Source: the human T2T-CHM13v2.0 reference genome, Homo sapiens
Direction: 5' to 3' (one strand)
Length of the DNA stretch: 64,000 bases
Assembly: GCF_009914755.1 (NCBI RefSeq)
Contig: NC_060937.1
The notes under the pieces are model-generated. The model ran no database searches, had not been told where the DNA came from, and saw only the letters and a list, made by a program, of their open reading frames with translations. Each line of letters begins with the position of its first letter. Position 1 is the first letter of the stretch. Positions 1-16,029 of this stretch are shown piece by piece. Made by a program: the position numbers and the translations under genes.

Positions 1-316
1 AGGGTGGGGTCTAATCCAATATGACTGGTGTCCTTATAGGAAGAAGATAGAGACAAACAGGGAGAACAACATGTAATGGCAGAGGCAGAGATTGCATCGA
101 TGCAGCCGCAAGCTAATAAATGCCGAAGACTGACAGCCACCACCAGGAGCAAGGAAGAGGTAGGGAAGGTTCTGCTCAGAGTCTCAGAGGGAGCATAGCC
201 CAGCTGACACCTTCATATTCCAATTCTAGCTTCCAAAACTATGAGAAAATAAATTTTGGTTGCTTTAAGCCTCCCATTTTGTGGTAATTTGTTATTGCAG
301 CCCTAGGAAAATATTA
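1..316 (+). mobile_element. MLT1 (MLT1B/C-like) MaLR LTR, truncated by the window start
   Basis: Typical MLT1 motifs 'ctaatccaatatgactggtgtccttata' and 'aaataaatttt...ttaagcc...tgtggtaatttgttattgcagccctaggaaa'. Confidence 0.8.
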
Positions 317-440
317 CGTAGATGTAATGTCCAAGATCTCTTGTCAAACTTTCTTCTTTTTTTTAAATTTACATTGTATGTTTCCTCAAAGATTCCTCCT
401 CTCCCCTCCTCTCCTCTCCTCTTTTCTTTTCTTTTCTTTC

Positions 441-703
441 TCAGGGTCTTGTTCTCTTGCCCAGGCTGGAGTGCAGGGACATGATCATAGCTCACTATAG
501 CTTTGAATGCCTGGCCGATCCTCATGCCTCAGCCTCCCAAGTATCTGGGACTACAGACACTCACCACTAGGACTGGCTGATTTTTTTTTTTTTCATAGAC
601 ACTGAGTCTTGCTATGTTGTCCAGGCTGGCCTCAGACTCTTGGTCTCAAACAATCCTCCCACCTCAGCCTTCCAAAGTGTTGGGATTATGGATGTGAGCC
701 AGC
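441..703 (-). mobile_element. AluJ, flanked by CT-rich simple repeats (395-440, 704-767)
   Basis: Antisense Alu dimer 'cccaggctggagtgcag...ccaaagtgttgggatta' with J-type 'catagctcact' and 'tcttgctatgttg'. Confidence 0.9.
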
Positions 704-1266
704 CTTCCTTCCTTCCTTCGTTCCTTCGTTCCTTCCTTCTCCCTTCCTTCCTTCCTTCTTTCCTTCCAATTTGTTCTGTTTGGTCTCTGTCTTCCACATT
801 AATGGTGTTTTACAAATGTCTGATGCTGTTAGTCACCCATTCGATTTCAAGACTATCACTCTAAAACATTGATTAGAAGTCCCTTGTTATGGGCAGGGCT
901 CATTGAGAGTGACGGGCTGAAAGGCTCCCTTGGGGAAGCTTGGGTCCAGTGCCTGAAGTATCAGTTATTAGTAGATCTCTTTTCTTGGTAAATTTCATCG
1001 GAAAGTCGCTCTTTAATTTTCTGCCTGGGAGTGAGGCTGTGAGTGAGGGAGTTAAGGGTTTCCCTTTTTGTATGAAAGGGTCCCCAGGACTAGTGCACCT
1101 CCCACGCAGTCTCCTCCAGCCTTCTGCCAGGCTGGGGCAGGGTAATTACCTAGTTCAGGGGGACTGAGGAGGGATCTAGGGGTTTAACTGCTTCTGTTAC
1201 AGATTTTCAATCAATTTTCTGTTTTTAGCTTCTTCTGTGCCCATTTTCAGAGGTGACTCGTGCTTC

Positions 1267-1901
1267 TGAAGTGGTGTCCTTGTCTGGGGTAAATACCCGA
1301 GGTTCATCATCTCATGCCAGGGAAATCGAGGACGCAGATACACAAGAAGTGAGTTTAAGGCCAGAGGTTTAATGGAAGAAAGAAAGAGAATAGTTCTCTC
1401 CCCTGCAGAGAGAAAGGGGCTGCTGAGTGGGTCTTTGGTTCTGAGGTGAAATGCACGGGTTTTTATATATCAGCTTGAAGAGGCAGTGTCTGATTTACAT
1501 AGGTCCCAGAGGATTGGTTGGGCCAGGTGTGCCATTTACATAGCGTTGAAGAGGCTGGCCATCTCCCACCCTAATATTTTATTATGCAGATGGTGTCTCT
1601 ACCTGGCTGGCGCCTTGTTGCCTGCTTTTTTACTGCACATATGGTGTCAAAGAAAAGGGAAGGGGGAACTTCCATGTTGAATATGCCCGGCCCCCGGGGT
1701 AGCCTTTTCCTTTTGGGAGAGCTGCCCACATTAAACTATGCAAGCTTCCAGCTTTCTTATTTATGTCTGCAGCCTGATTTTACCGGCTGCTCTTTGTTAG
1801 AAAAGAAATGATTTGGGGGCTGCTTTTTGTCACAAGGAAAGCCTTATCGAAGACTCTCTTACCCTAACTGCCTAAATAATTTCTTTTTAACTCCTGTATC
1901 A
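1267..1901 (-). mobile_element. ERV1-class solo LTR (LTR9-like)
   Basis: Minus strand starts TGATACAGGAGTTAAAAAGAAATTATTTAGGCAG and ends TACCCCAGACAAGGACACCACTTCA; 4-bp TSD CTTC at 1263-1266 and 1902-1905. Confidence 0.8.
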
Positions 1902-2909
1902 CTTCTACTTCCTCTGTATCTGGAGTTCTGCAAAACGACTCGTTTTGCTTCTGGCCTTCACTAGGATTTCTCAACAGTGCTGTGTTAGGTTTCAAAATTT
2001 TCCAATCTGTAAGATCAATTAATATTCATCTGTCTTACAGTCAGCAAAATTTTATTGCTGTCGTCTTTTTTCCTGTCTACAACTTCTAAAAGTTCTCTCT
2101 TGTTTAAAAGTGGTGCTGTAGGAAAACGAGGCAAACTTGTATATTGAAGTCACCGTGTTTAATCCATTGCTTTCAATCTTTTTTTTGTCATTATATTTTC
2201 AGTATAATTTTTATAAACAGCAAATTGCTTTATTGAAAATAATCTAATTGGAGAGTCTTCATCTTCTACAAGGAGTTTCATTAAATAACAGTGATTGTCA
2301 GGATACATGGATTTATTTTATCAGTCTTATTTTGTTCTTTTTATTTATTATGCTTCTTTTCCTCCTCTTTGACTTCTGTTGAATTGATGGAGTTTTCTTC
2401 GTTCTTTTTAATTTCTACCACATTTTACTTCTAGTCTTTTAGTAATTCCCACTTATTTGACATAGTCTCAGTTAATCAACATCTCTGCCTTCTCCTTAGC
2501 AATATAAGAAACTCTGACCATTTTAACTCAGATATTTTCTCACATTACTGATGCTCTGTATTTTAATCCTATCTAGCTTATAACAGATATTTGTCATTTT
2601 TATAATTATTCTTAGAGTTTATTTATAGCTACCCATAAATTGATCATGCTTTCCATTGCTTCTTACATCCTGTTTCCTCTTTCTGGTTAGATTTTTTTCT
2701 TTTCATATTTTCTTTCTTTTTATTCTCCTATTTTTTCTCTATTTTTATTTTTAATTTTATTTTTAATTTATTTTTAATTTTATTTTTAATTTATTTTTCA
2801 TTTTATTTTATTTTTAATTTTCCTTCTTTTCCAAGTGTTTAAAATTAACATGTTAATTAACATCTCAATTAGCTTTTAAGTCACTGCTGGAAGCTATTTT
2901 ACCCTTCAG

Positions 2910-2968
2910 AAACATTCTAGATACAATAAACATTCTAGATACAATAAATTAAACATTCTAGATACAAT
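2910..2968. repeat. Three copies of an 18-bp unit AAACATTCTAGATACAAT
   Basis: Exact copies at 2910-2927, 2928-2945 and 2951-2968, next to an AT-rich low-complexity tract (2740-2820). Confidence 0.9.
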
Positions 2969-4089
2969 AAAATATTCATATTTTGTGTTACTGTGTTGGA
3001 TTTTCCCCATCCATCACCCAAGACAAATGGGTAACTCCCATACTTCATTTAGTAGTTAATATAAGGATAAGCATAAATTTCAGGAAGAAAGGTGGTAGGA
3101 GAAAGATAAATAGAAAAGAAGGAGGAGTAGTAAAAGCAGGAGGAGGAAAGAGAAAGGAAGGAAAAGAGATAAACATATATCCTTATAGTTTTAAATATAA
3201 CTTAGTTTTTCTTATAAATCTTATTCTGATACTGTATTCAAGAGACCCTAGGAACATTTTTAGTTTCTTAAGATAAGCAAAGGGAAACATGAGATTTTAT
3301 TGAAAGAAAAGATGTTCTAAAGGACAGAAACAAAAGGGACTGTCTCTTCTTAGAGCACAACTCTTATGGCAATTGAATGAGCTAAAGGGCCTTAGTGCTC
3401 ATCCAATCCTAAATTGCTGAAATAGTAATTTAAGTCACTCACCATCTCTTTTGTTTAACTGCAGCTATTCTTGAATAATGGAAGAATAGGTACATAGAAT
3501 AACTTTTTAACAATGTCTCACTCCTGACACAGAAGAAGTTCTTTGTTAATGCATTTAACTGAATTCTGATTTAATAGTTCAATTCATTTATTTCAACCAA
3601 TATTTATTGGCTGGTGATACAATTGCTTCTCAAGGAGAAATGATTTGAACAGGAGAAGAGTTTTTAAAATATTTTTTTAAAATAGGAGATTTGTACACCA
3701 AGATTCTTCTGTGCTGTAGTCAAAAGTGATGTGCCCTTGAATGGACTCTGAATGTCCTTCAACACAATAGACATGGCCAAGGAAAATAAACCTGAAGAAA
3801 AGAAATCCTGGAAAGACTGGAGGTCTAAGAGGCATGGCCAGGGTGTTGAATGTAAGTGAATGTAACAGATGAACTTCTGCATTTGGGGCTATTCTCTGAG
3901 TCACCTTGTTTTATCATAAGCAATTGAGCCATGGAAGAAATGCAGAGTAAATATTCTAACTCCAGAGGATACATGCTTTGTAGTTCACAACCTTCAAGAT
4001 GAGGTTGATACTTCAGCCTTCAAGATGACACTAATCAGGCCATGCATTTCTCTGAGCTTTGGCTTCCTTATTTGTTAACAAAACAAGGT

Positions 4090-4378
4090 GAAATATGACT
4101 TGGTTATGAACATGAGCTTCAAGGTCAGGCATAGATAGTTCAAGTCATGCTCTGGCATTTACTAATGATTTAAATATGGATAAGTTATTTAACCTAAGCT
4201 TTAAAAAAAGGTTTTCTTTTATTTTAGTTTTGAAGCTGTGAAATGAGGATTAGAAAAATACGTATGTCATAGAACTGTGAGATTGAAGTAGTTTAGTTCG
4301 TTAAAGCACTTAGCACTTAGTCCCAATGCCTAGACAACACAACCTCCCATAAATGTTGCCGTTATTATTATTATTATT
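4090..4378 (+). mobile_element. MIR
   Basis: Core 'ggataagttatttaacct...gtgaaatgaggat...taaagcacttagcac...taaatgttgccgttattattatt'. Confidence 0.7.
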
Positions 4379-4602
4379 TCAGTTAAGATTTTTAATGTCT
4401 CATCATAATATCTAAAGATTGCTCGTTGTAATAATACTAATCCACAAAATAAACCCTCATTGGAGGTGATTAATAGCAAGAGCCTGGGTAATTATTGAGG
4501 TTATTTTTCCCTACGCATTTGCAAAACGTTGAATCCAACCGTCTTAACCAAGTATCCTGAAGGCTATAGGTACTCACGCACTTAAAGAGAAGGGACGATT
4601 TA

Positions 4603-4975
4603 TGGTAGACCCTGCTAGGGCTTTCCAAAATCCACTTTTTCTTTCCTTCTTAGACATATAGGAGTCTTTATTTTCCAACCATATGGGGTCCTGTGACTTG
4701 TTCTGCTCAATGACAAATTGAGAAGACATGAGGTGTCATTTTTAAGGCAGTGAAAAGCCTTGGAGATTGTTGAGGTCTCTCCTCCTGTGAAATGATGAAA
4801 CCAGGGGCTCTAAGCTGCATAGTTGACTGAATCACCACATGGAGGAAATCGGATCTGGAAAGTCAGCCAGGTCTACAGTGGACTTTGCATGCCAAAAACC
4901 TGTTACTGTGTAAGGCACTGAGTTAATGGGGCTGTTTGTTACAGCTGTGTGGTACAGGGGATCCTCACTAATACA
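4603..4975 (+). mobile_element. Old MLT1 (I/J-like) LTR
   Basis: 3' end 'tgtaaggcactgagttaatggggctgtttgttacagc...ctaataca'. Confidence 0.6.
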
Positions 4976-6316
4976 CTGTTAAAAAGCTCAAAGTTACTCT
5001 TCATTTTGCAGATCTTAAATTGAGAGAGTTAAGTAGTTACAAGACAGAGATCACCCAGTTAGTGGCACAGCTAGGACTAAAATCCTATTCCCAGGTTTCT
5101 TTCTAGTACATGTCTCTGTCTATTGAGATACCATACTCCACACTTAATTTGCAGGACTAATATAAAGAATAGGGACAAGGTAAGTAAAATACCTAGCACA
5201 AAACTCATCCCATAGTGGGTAATTTAAAAAATAATAACTAATGTTTTGATTCTCTGTATTTAAAAACGTATCGCTATTGCTCTACACTTCTGCCTGTGCC
5301 AAACATGCTGATTGATGCCCTTTAATTCTGAACCAATATTAAACTAAAAATTGATAATGCATCTCAATTTGGGAGCAATTATATTTTTATAGCTTAGACT
5401 GCTGGTGCAGAATCTATACTTCACTCCATTTACATCCATTTAACACAAGAGAAATGCCAGTCCATTTTTCAGATAATGACATAAAATTCATTCACATTTT
5501 AAGCATCTAGAAACTTTGAGAATTTATAAAATCAGAAGCCAGACTCCTGAGAATTATTTTGTCATCATCCCTTCTTGGTTTTAATTCCTCTATCCTTGCA
5601 TCTCCTCTCATCCTCCCCATCTTTACCTGTGCTCTTTATGGTGTTTCCCTTGTCTTTTGAGAGAAGTATTATCATATCATAGTAAATTCCTTTTGGCATT
5701 GCTAAGAAGGCATCTGGCTTCAGCGTAATTCAAGGATATCAGAAGGCATTTAAACTATTAGTAGGAATATAGTATCTTCAGCTCAGAAAGGTTTTGGAGC
5801 TCATCCAATCCTTATTCTAAATTAGGTCTTAAATTCTCATCCAAACAAATGTGTCAGAATTTCCAGAGATACATCTTAAAATTGTTAATTCTTAGCCCCA
5901 CCTTAATCTACTGAATCATAACACCCATGATTATAGAGGGGCATAATAATTTCTAATTTTAAAAAACATTGTTTTCATCACATTCCTCTATTTCCTTCTG
6001 GTTATATCTCCTACTAGGTCATTTCAATGTGTGGTCTAATTGGGGAACTACTGATTAAGTTTCAGTTTTTCCCTGATTCTGGAATCACTTCTACAAACTC
6101 TGGCAAATTTTCTCCTATTATACATATTGTTGCCGATTTGATACTGTTACCTACTATATTAGCTATTTGCACCTTCATCTACAGCTTCGTATATTTATAG
6201 AGATGATACACAGAATGCTTTGTTTTATTCCCACAATGATGGATAAAGAGCAAGATAAAGAGCAGATTTATGTATATATAATATACATTTATATTTATGT
6301 ATATTATATATGTGTA

Positions 6317-6534
6317 TATTTACTCAATAAGCATTATTAAAAACAATCTGAAGGGAAGTCTTTATGGTATAATATGTTTTATATATAATATATATTTAAT
6401 TTAATTATAAATATATATAATATACATAAATATATAATATAATATACTATACACAAATATAAATATATATACAATATAATCTACCATGTAGACTTCCCTT
6501 CAGATTGTTATTGATAATGCTTATTGAGTAAATA
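6317..6534. repeat. Inverted repeat: 53-bp arms with a 112-bp AT-rich spacer
   Basis: 6317-6369 is the reverse complement of 6482-6534 at 49/53 positions. Confidence 0.95.
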
Positions 6535-6794
6535 ATACTCTTTTCTGTGGATACATTTTCCACTGTTAATAGTCACTAAGTTTTACTTTCGAAATTTATA
6601 GTAGCAACATTTAAAAATTAAGGCCAACGCTAAGCTATTTTGAACACCTTTATCACATCTTTTGAAGACAAAGAATCCTTTAGAGCTGAACGAAAGCAGT
6701 TGTTACGTTGAGAACATTAGAAATTCAACAGCAGCAAGTAGGCTAACTTGGAAATATTTATTGCAGCTTTATTCATAACAGCCCTGAACTAGAA

Positions 6795-6871
6795 ATGAAC
6801 GGATTCACCAATTGTTCATTGCACAATTAAACTCCTTTAAATTTAATTCAGCTGAAGTTTTTCTTTTATCA
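6795..6871 (+). mobile_element. 3' end fragment of a MER4-group LTR (MER57-like)
   Basis: 'ttgcacaattaaactcctttaaatttaattcagctgaagtttttcttttatca' matches the LTR terminus of this group. Confidence 0.55.
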
Positions 6872-6874
6872 AGC

Positions 6875-7485
6875 TCCAGCCCCCAATCTCCAGGGAGGGA
6901 AGAAGGGCTGAAGGTAAAGTTGATTACCAATGGCCAATGAAGTAAAGAGTCAGTCATACCTGTGTAATGAAGCCTCCATCAAAACCTAAAAGGGACTGGA
7001 TTCTGGGACCTTCCAGAGAGCTGAAAGCATGGTGGTTTCTGGAGGGTTGCGTGCCCAGGGAGGACATGGAAGCTCCACGTCAACTACCTGTGCATCTCTT
7101 CATCCAGCTGCTCGTCTGTATCTTTTGTAGTATCCTTTATAATAAATGGTACGTGAAAGTAAAGTGTTTCCCTGAGTTCTGTGAGCCACTCTAGCAAATT
7201 AATCAAGCCCAAGGAGGGGGTCCATCGTGAGAACTCCCAATTTATAACTGGTCAGTCAGGAGTATACGTGACAACCTACTACTTGGTATCTGATGCTATT
7301 TCCAGGTAGATAGTGACAGAAGTGAGTTGAGTTAGAGGATACCTAGCTGGCGTCCACTGCAGAATTGATTGGTTGCTGGTGGGGAGAACTCCCCACACAT
7401 TTTGGTGACCGGAGGTAAAGTATTCATTGTTGACTATGTGACAGTAGGAAAAACAGTTTAGGTTTCCCATCCTTTTAGAGGTAGA
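6875..7485 (+). mobile_element. MER21 LTR, 5'-truncated
   Basis: 'cagggagggaagaagggctgaagg...ccaatggccaatga...gtgtttccctgagttctgtgagccactctagcaaattaatcaagcccaaggaggggg'. Confidence 0.8.
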
Positions 7486-8558
7486 CTCAACCTTGAAAAA
7501 TAAATAGGGTCCAAAACTACACTACATGTCAACGGGGAATTTTTCTACACTCAGACTAGGTGAAAGAGGACATTCAATCACTGTAAAAATATTTTTCTTA
7601 ATCCTGGTTTTATAAAAGAATAAAGCTCATTATGGAAAACTGAGAAAGATAAAAAAGTAGTAAAAAGAAAACCCAAAGTAGTCATAATTCCGTAATCCAG
7701 GGGTAACTATATTTAGTGTTTTGTCGTACATGCTTCCAGGAACCTATGCGTGTGTGTATCATATTGCCTTGACCTTGGAAGCTTTCAATTTTAAGATACA
7801 TTATTAACTTAATAACATTTTACTGAAAACAAGTTTTTAAAATGTAACACATAATGCATTATTTTAAATCTTCTATTTTATTTAGTCCAGATAATGTCAT
7901 AAATTGCTTTGAATCATCAATAGCTATCACCACCAGTAGAGTGATGTATGTGATGCTTTTCATAATCGAGGCCTGTGATCATCACTTCTTCATTTCTTGT
8001 AGAAATGAAAATATAATTTTGATGTATACTGAAAAAAAATCAGGGTTTTTCTGCATTTCCTGTTTCGTTAAACTTATTCCAAGTTTTTTCTTATCTGGAA
8101 TACCTACTTTCTCTTGGTCATCAGCCGGAGCTTCTGAAAATAGATTTGAGGCCTGAGTAAAAGTCCTTCACTACTCTTGAATTGGTCATGCCACCTCTCC
8201 TAGCTTTGAAAATTCGAAGACTGAGATCAATTTCTACAGCATTTAATGCCATTGCCTGTGTGTGATTGACCAAGTGCACGACAGGCAATCTTCTGCAGAC
8301 AAAATCATTTTTGTTTGAAGTATGCATCTAGAATAATTTTAAATCATTAGAAGCAATAATTTGTGATTCAAATTTATGTTAAATGCAACTGCTTATACTA
8401 TGCCAGTATAAATAACTCAGCTGAGATAGCAATCTGATGAACATATATGTACATAAATTATGATTCCTATTTATGATTATTTTCTTATGGTACATTCTTT
8501 GATAACCTAAACTCAAAATATTGAGATAAATATTTTGTTTTATCTTAAATGTCTTTGA

Positions 8559-8895
<337 letters not shown>

Positions 8896-9649
8896 ATTTG
8901 CATTTTTTTCTCCCGTGAATTGCCCTGGAAATGCCATCTGCTCATTTTTCTTTGTCATTTTTATTTCTAATGTGTAAATATTCATATGCTAAGGAAAGTA
9001 GCCTTTGCTTATCACATTTGAGGTAAATATTTTCCCAATATCTTGATTGACTTTTAAACTTATGTTTGTGTGCGCATATAAAATATTTATCTATGTCTAT
9101 GAAATCAAATGAATCCATTGTTTTCATTAGGATTTCTTTCTTTCAATGATTTTATACTTGGAAAGTTCTTTCTCTCTTTGAAGTTAGATTAAGATTTAAA
9201 AAATATATTTTAAATATATTTAATATTAAAAAAATAAAATGCATTTGCTTGAAAAATATATTTTTGTTTATAGTTTTATATTTTATATATCTCTTGATCC
9301 ACCTGGAATTTAATGTGAGTTATGGAAAGCTCTATTTTTAATTACAGGAAATAATTTATGTAATTCATCTGCCTCTGAGTAATTTATCATACTTTGCTTA
9401 TTATTATATTAGGTTATATAACAAGTTACATTTCTGGATTCTCCTTCTGCCCAATAGATGTACTATTGATGTCTTTTCTTACATCAATAGTACATAAATG
9501 TAATTGTTGTAGAATATCAGCTTGCACTGCATTCAACTTCAGTAGAAATCTGTACTAGGAAGAAGGCATTTTTTTTTTTCACTTTATAAAAGTCAACGGG
9601 CGAGTAGCCCAGAGCTGATTCAGCTGCTCAAGATAACACCAGAAACTGA

Positions 9650-9810
9650 TAATTCTGCCTACTTCTCATGCTTTCAGACTCACTGGAATTCACAGCATCA
9701 GCTCCGTGGCTTTCCCACTCCCTGACCGCAGATCTTGGGACTTCTCCGCCTCCATATTGCATGAGCCAATTTCTTCTTATATACATATACATATATATGT
9801 ATATATTTAT
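9650..9810 (+). mobile_element. MLT2 LTR fragment with TA-rich tail
   Basis: 'gcagatcttgggacttctccgcctccatattgcatgagccaatttctt'. Confidence 0.65.
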
Positions 9811-10868
9811 AATATAAATATATTTGAATACTTTTTGTAGCAAATAACTTCCCTTTTCTTCCCCGTTCACCCTTACTGAGCCTTATTATCTGAGATAATA
9901 AACACCCTACTAACTTTAAAATGTAGGTAACCCCTTCAAATTTAAAGCAAGTTATGTGAAATCAATTATGTGAGTATTTAAAACAACTGCTATATCTACC
10001 TCTGTATCTCCATCTGGTTTCAAATTTCTCTGCTAATCCTTTCTAGTCACTTTTTTTTTACTCTCAAGCTCTTTCATTGTTCTTTAAATTTGTTTTTTCT
10101 GCCACTGAACATCTGTTTGTGACTTTTTTTGGTCTTCACGTATAAACTTCAGTCACGTGGGTTTTTTTGTTTGTTTTTTTCTACTGGGAGCTTTGGGTAT
10201 TGCAGTATTGTCTTCTAGCATTTACTGATTTTAAGAAGCACTTTGGGGCCAACTTGATGTGTTTCTCTGTGGTAGACTGAACATTTTCTTCTGATTGCTT
10301 TTAGAGTCTTTTAATCTCCCCAAATTCTAGCAAAATATGTCTTTTTTGAAATTGTTTTTTCTCATAACATGAAGTACAGTCTCAATTTTTAGATTTAAGT
10401 TTTATTTATTTAGATCAGGAAAGCATCCTTCTATTTTGGGGGGTTGTTGTTTCTAAATTTCATATTTGTTACCTTTGGGAATCTTAAGATCTGTCATTTG
10501 GAGATCTTAAATTGAGCTGCCTTTTCTATCTTTTTCTACTTTTACTCTATTTCTGGAAGGATGCTTCCTCATTCAAAGTTAATTTTTTTCAGTATCAAAT
10601 CTGTTATTCATGTCTTAAACTCCTTTTTTAAAATTGTGTTTTCCATGTTCTTTTAATTGTGGATTATTCTTTATTTATGACTAATTATTTTAACTTGATA
10701 GATGAAAAAATCTGAAATATTTTCTAAGATTTTTCACCTTCCTTTGTTAAATGTCTTTCAAAAGGAGTTAGCCTTTGTGATTCTTTTGAACCACAGCATC
10801 TCTTTATTGACACCATGATTTTTCTTCTCCTTTCCTAAAAGAAGGAGGTGAATGCTTATTTGGTGTGG

Positions 10869-11310
10869 TGTACCAGTTAGCAATTTCTGCATAACAAACC
10901 ACTCCAAACTTACTGGTTTCATATAATGATGATATTTAGTTTATGATTCTGTGGAACAACAGTTTAGGCTGGACTCAGTTGGATGGTTCTTTGAGTTTTT
11001 GTTGGACTCCCTCATGCATTGGTGGTCAACCTGAGGTCAGTTAAGTGACTCTGATTCCGAAAGTTGAGTGGCTGCTAGCTAGAGCACCTCACCTGTTCTC
11101 CACAGCCTCTCATTTCCTACTAAGCTAGCTTAAGCTTGTGCTCATAGGAGGATAATGTGTCCAGGAGAGCAAGGACACACATGAAAGCACCTTTATACAT
11201 TTCTGCTTGCATTGAGTTTGCTACTGTCTCATTAGTGAAAACAAGTCACATGGCTAAACTCAGCATCACAGTGGGGGAGGACTGCAGCATTACAGGGCAA
11301 GGGGGGTGAG
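10869..11310 (-). mobile_element. Old MLT1 (H-like) LTR
   Basis: 'tgcataacaaaccactccaaacttactgg...caagtcacatggctaaactcagcatca'. Confidence 0.65.
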
Positions 11311-11551
11311 ATCACCAAAATAAACGTAAGATTTGAAAATTTTATGTTTTCATAAGGATGAGTCGTTTAACTTATTCCAGCTAGACAAAAAGAAAAGCAA
11401 GCAGAAATTCCAAAGTTCTGTTTGCGGTTACATTTTATACAAAACATGTGGTGTCTCAAAAGCATTAATTTCTCAAGTGATCTTTGAAAACACTGGGAAT
11501 TAAGTGATTGGTCACAGACTTTGGGAATTCCAAAGTTTTTATTATTAGTAG

Positions 11552-14139
<2,588 letters not shown>

Positions 14140-14721
14140 AGTAGTGTCAGCAAAGTTTAATTTATTTCAAAGCCTTGAATGAAAGCTACATAATAATATA
14201 ATGGAATAAATACACCTAAGTCCTCAACATATGAACCTGCCTAAATATAGGGAAAACTAAGGAAAGTTTTATTCTTCATTGAGAAGTTCTGCAAAGTCCA
14301 GTTTTAGCATGTCACACAACTGAAAGGACTAACTTAAATATCTTCCTCTTTAGAGAAGACTTAGACAAAGACTTATGCTCCAGAATTTTAAGAAGAAATC
14401 AAAGCAAGCTTGAATACATTTCAGAAGCTCTTCTAACTTAGAGAAGCTCTTCCACTTCTTAGTAAATAGTGCCATAGGATAGAGCTTAAAGAGCTTAGAA
14501 AGAGTCAGAAAGAAGGAAAATAAAGAGATACCTATATGGAGATGTGAAAGGATGTGGGTTTAGACTTACGGGATCATAGAATCTCAGTTTTAGGATGGCT
14601 GTACTGTCTGTATTTTCTCTAGGAAATCTTAGCCATATGATTATACAACTTTTTCTTGAGGACCTCAGTAATATGGAGAAAACACCGTGACTGTATAGAT
14701 TATATCAGAGAGTAGAAAGAC

Positions 14722-15003
14722 TGGCTGGGTGCCATGGCTCATGCGTATATTCCTAGCACTTTGGGAGGCCAAGGCAGGCGAATCACTTGAGCTCAGGAGT
14801 TCAAGACCAACCTGGGCAACATGGTGCAACCCCATCTCTACAAGAAATACAAAAATTAGCCAGATGTGTTGGCATGTGCTTGTAGTCCCAACTATTTGGG
14901 AGGCTGAGGTGGGAAGATCACTTGAGCCTGGGAGGCAGAGGTTGTACTGAGTCATGATCATGCCACTGAATTCCAGCCTGGGTGACAGAGTGAGACCCTG
15001 TAT
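14722..15003 (+). mobile_element. AluJ
   Basis: Alu dimer with J-type 'gggaagatcacttgagcctgggagg...catgatcatgccactg'. Confidence 0.9.
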
Positions 15004-15077
15004 AAAAGAAAGAAAGAGAGAAAGAAAGAAAGAAAAAAGAAATGAAGAAAGGAAGAAAGAAAGAAAGAACAAAAGGA

Positions 15078-15144
<67 letters not shown>

Positions 15145-15228
15145 GAGGGGGGAGGGGAGGACAGGGGAGGGGAGGAGAGGAGAGGAGAGGAGAGGAGAGG
15201 ACAGGAGAGGAGAGGAGAGGAGAGGAGA
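15003..15228. repeat. (GAAA)n followed by (GGAGA)n polypurine microsatellite, derived from the Alu tail
   Basis: Directly visible. Confidence 0.95.
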
Positions 15229-15254
15229 CCAGCCAAGAAGCATAGAATCAAGTT

Positions 15255-15570
15255 AGGAGTTGAGGAAGTTGACTGTAGTAGTCAAGGAGGTCCAGGCCAG
15301 GGCAGGGGTTGGGCTGTGGAAATGTGAAGGAAGGAAGGAGAAGTATATGAGGCAGATGTTGAAAAATGAGAAGCAATTGAGTTTAGCAACTTACTGCAGC
15401 TAAAGTTCCCAGGGATGATAGAGACTTGGGTGGTTTTGAATTTGCAATGTGAATGATTGGGAGACAGAAATAGCATTATCTTGATTGTTTATGGGGGGAG
15501 AAATAACGAGGAGTTTTGGAAACATGCTGAGTTTGAGCTGGTGAGGCATCCATGTGATAATGCCCATTGG
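15255..15570 (+). mobile_element. L2 fragment
   Basis: 'gagttttggaaacatgctgagtttgag...ggcatccatgtga'. Confidence 0.6.
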
Positions 15571-16029
15571 TTATTTTTTATATTTTTAATCCCAAGATGC
15601 AGTTTTCTTCTGCAATCATAGGTATGACTCATAGAAGTCCTTATTTTTAGAAATGAAGCACATTAAAGTGGTTAGTTATAGGATTTAACAACCTAACATA
15701 ATACATTTTTCAATGGTAGAAAAATCACCAAAAATATCATTGACAAGCGGAAAATAAACCAGTCAAAAACATTATTTTCATATCCTTTTATTTTCTAGTC
15801 AAGTGTTTAATCAGAATTGATTTGCTTTCAGTGGCTCAAAGCAACTATCCACTCACCTCTAGTAAACATACAGAAGCAAAAATCTCATTGAGGGTGAATT
15901 GACAGAGTCCTCTGTACAAATAAAAAAGAAAATGATAAGGAAATAAGAGTTTTGCTATGTCTAAAGAGCCTTCAAAAATCAATTATTTACATAAAATTAA
16001 TGTAAAACTTTAAAATAAATTATTCTTTA

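Noticed and set aside
14665-15256. Longest ORF (192 aa) and its overlapping frames
   Set aside because: Stop-free microsatellite plus antisense Alu; low complexity.
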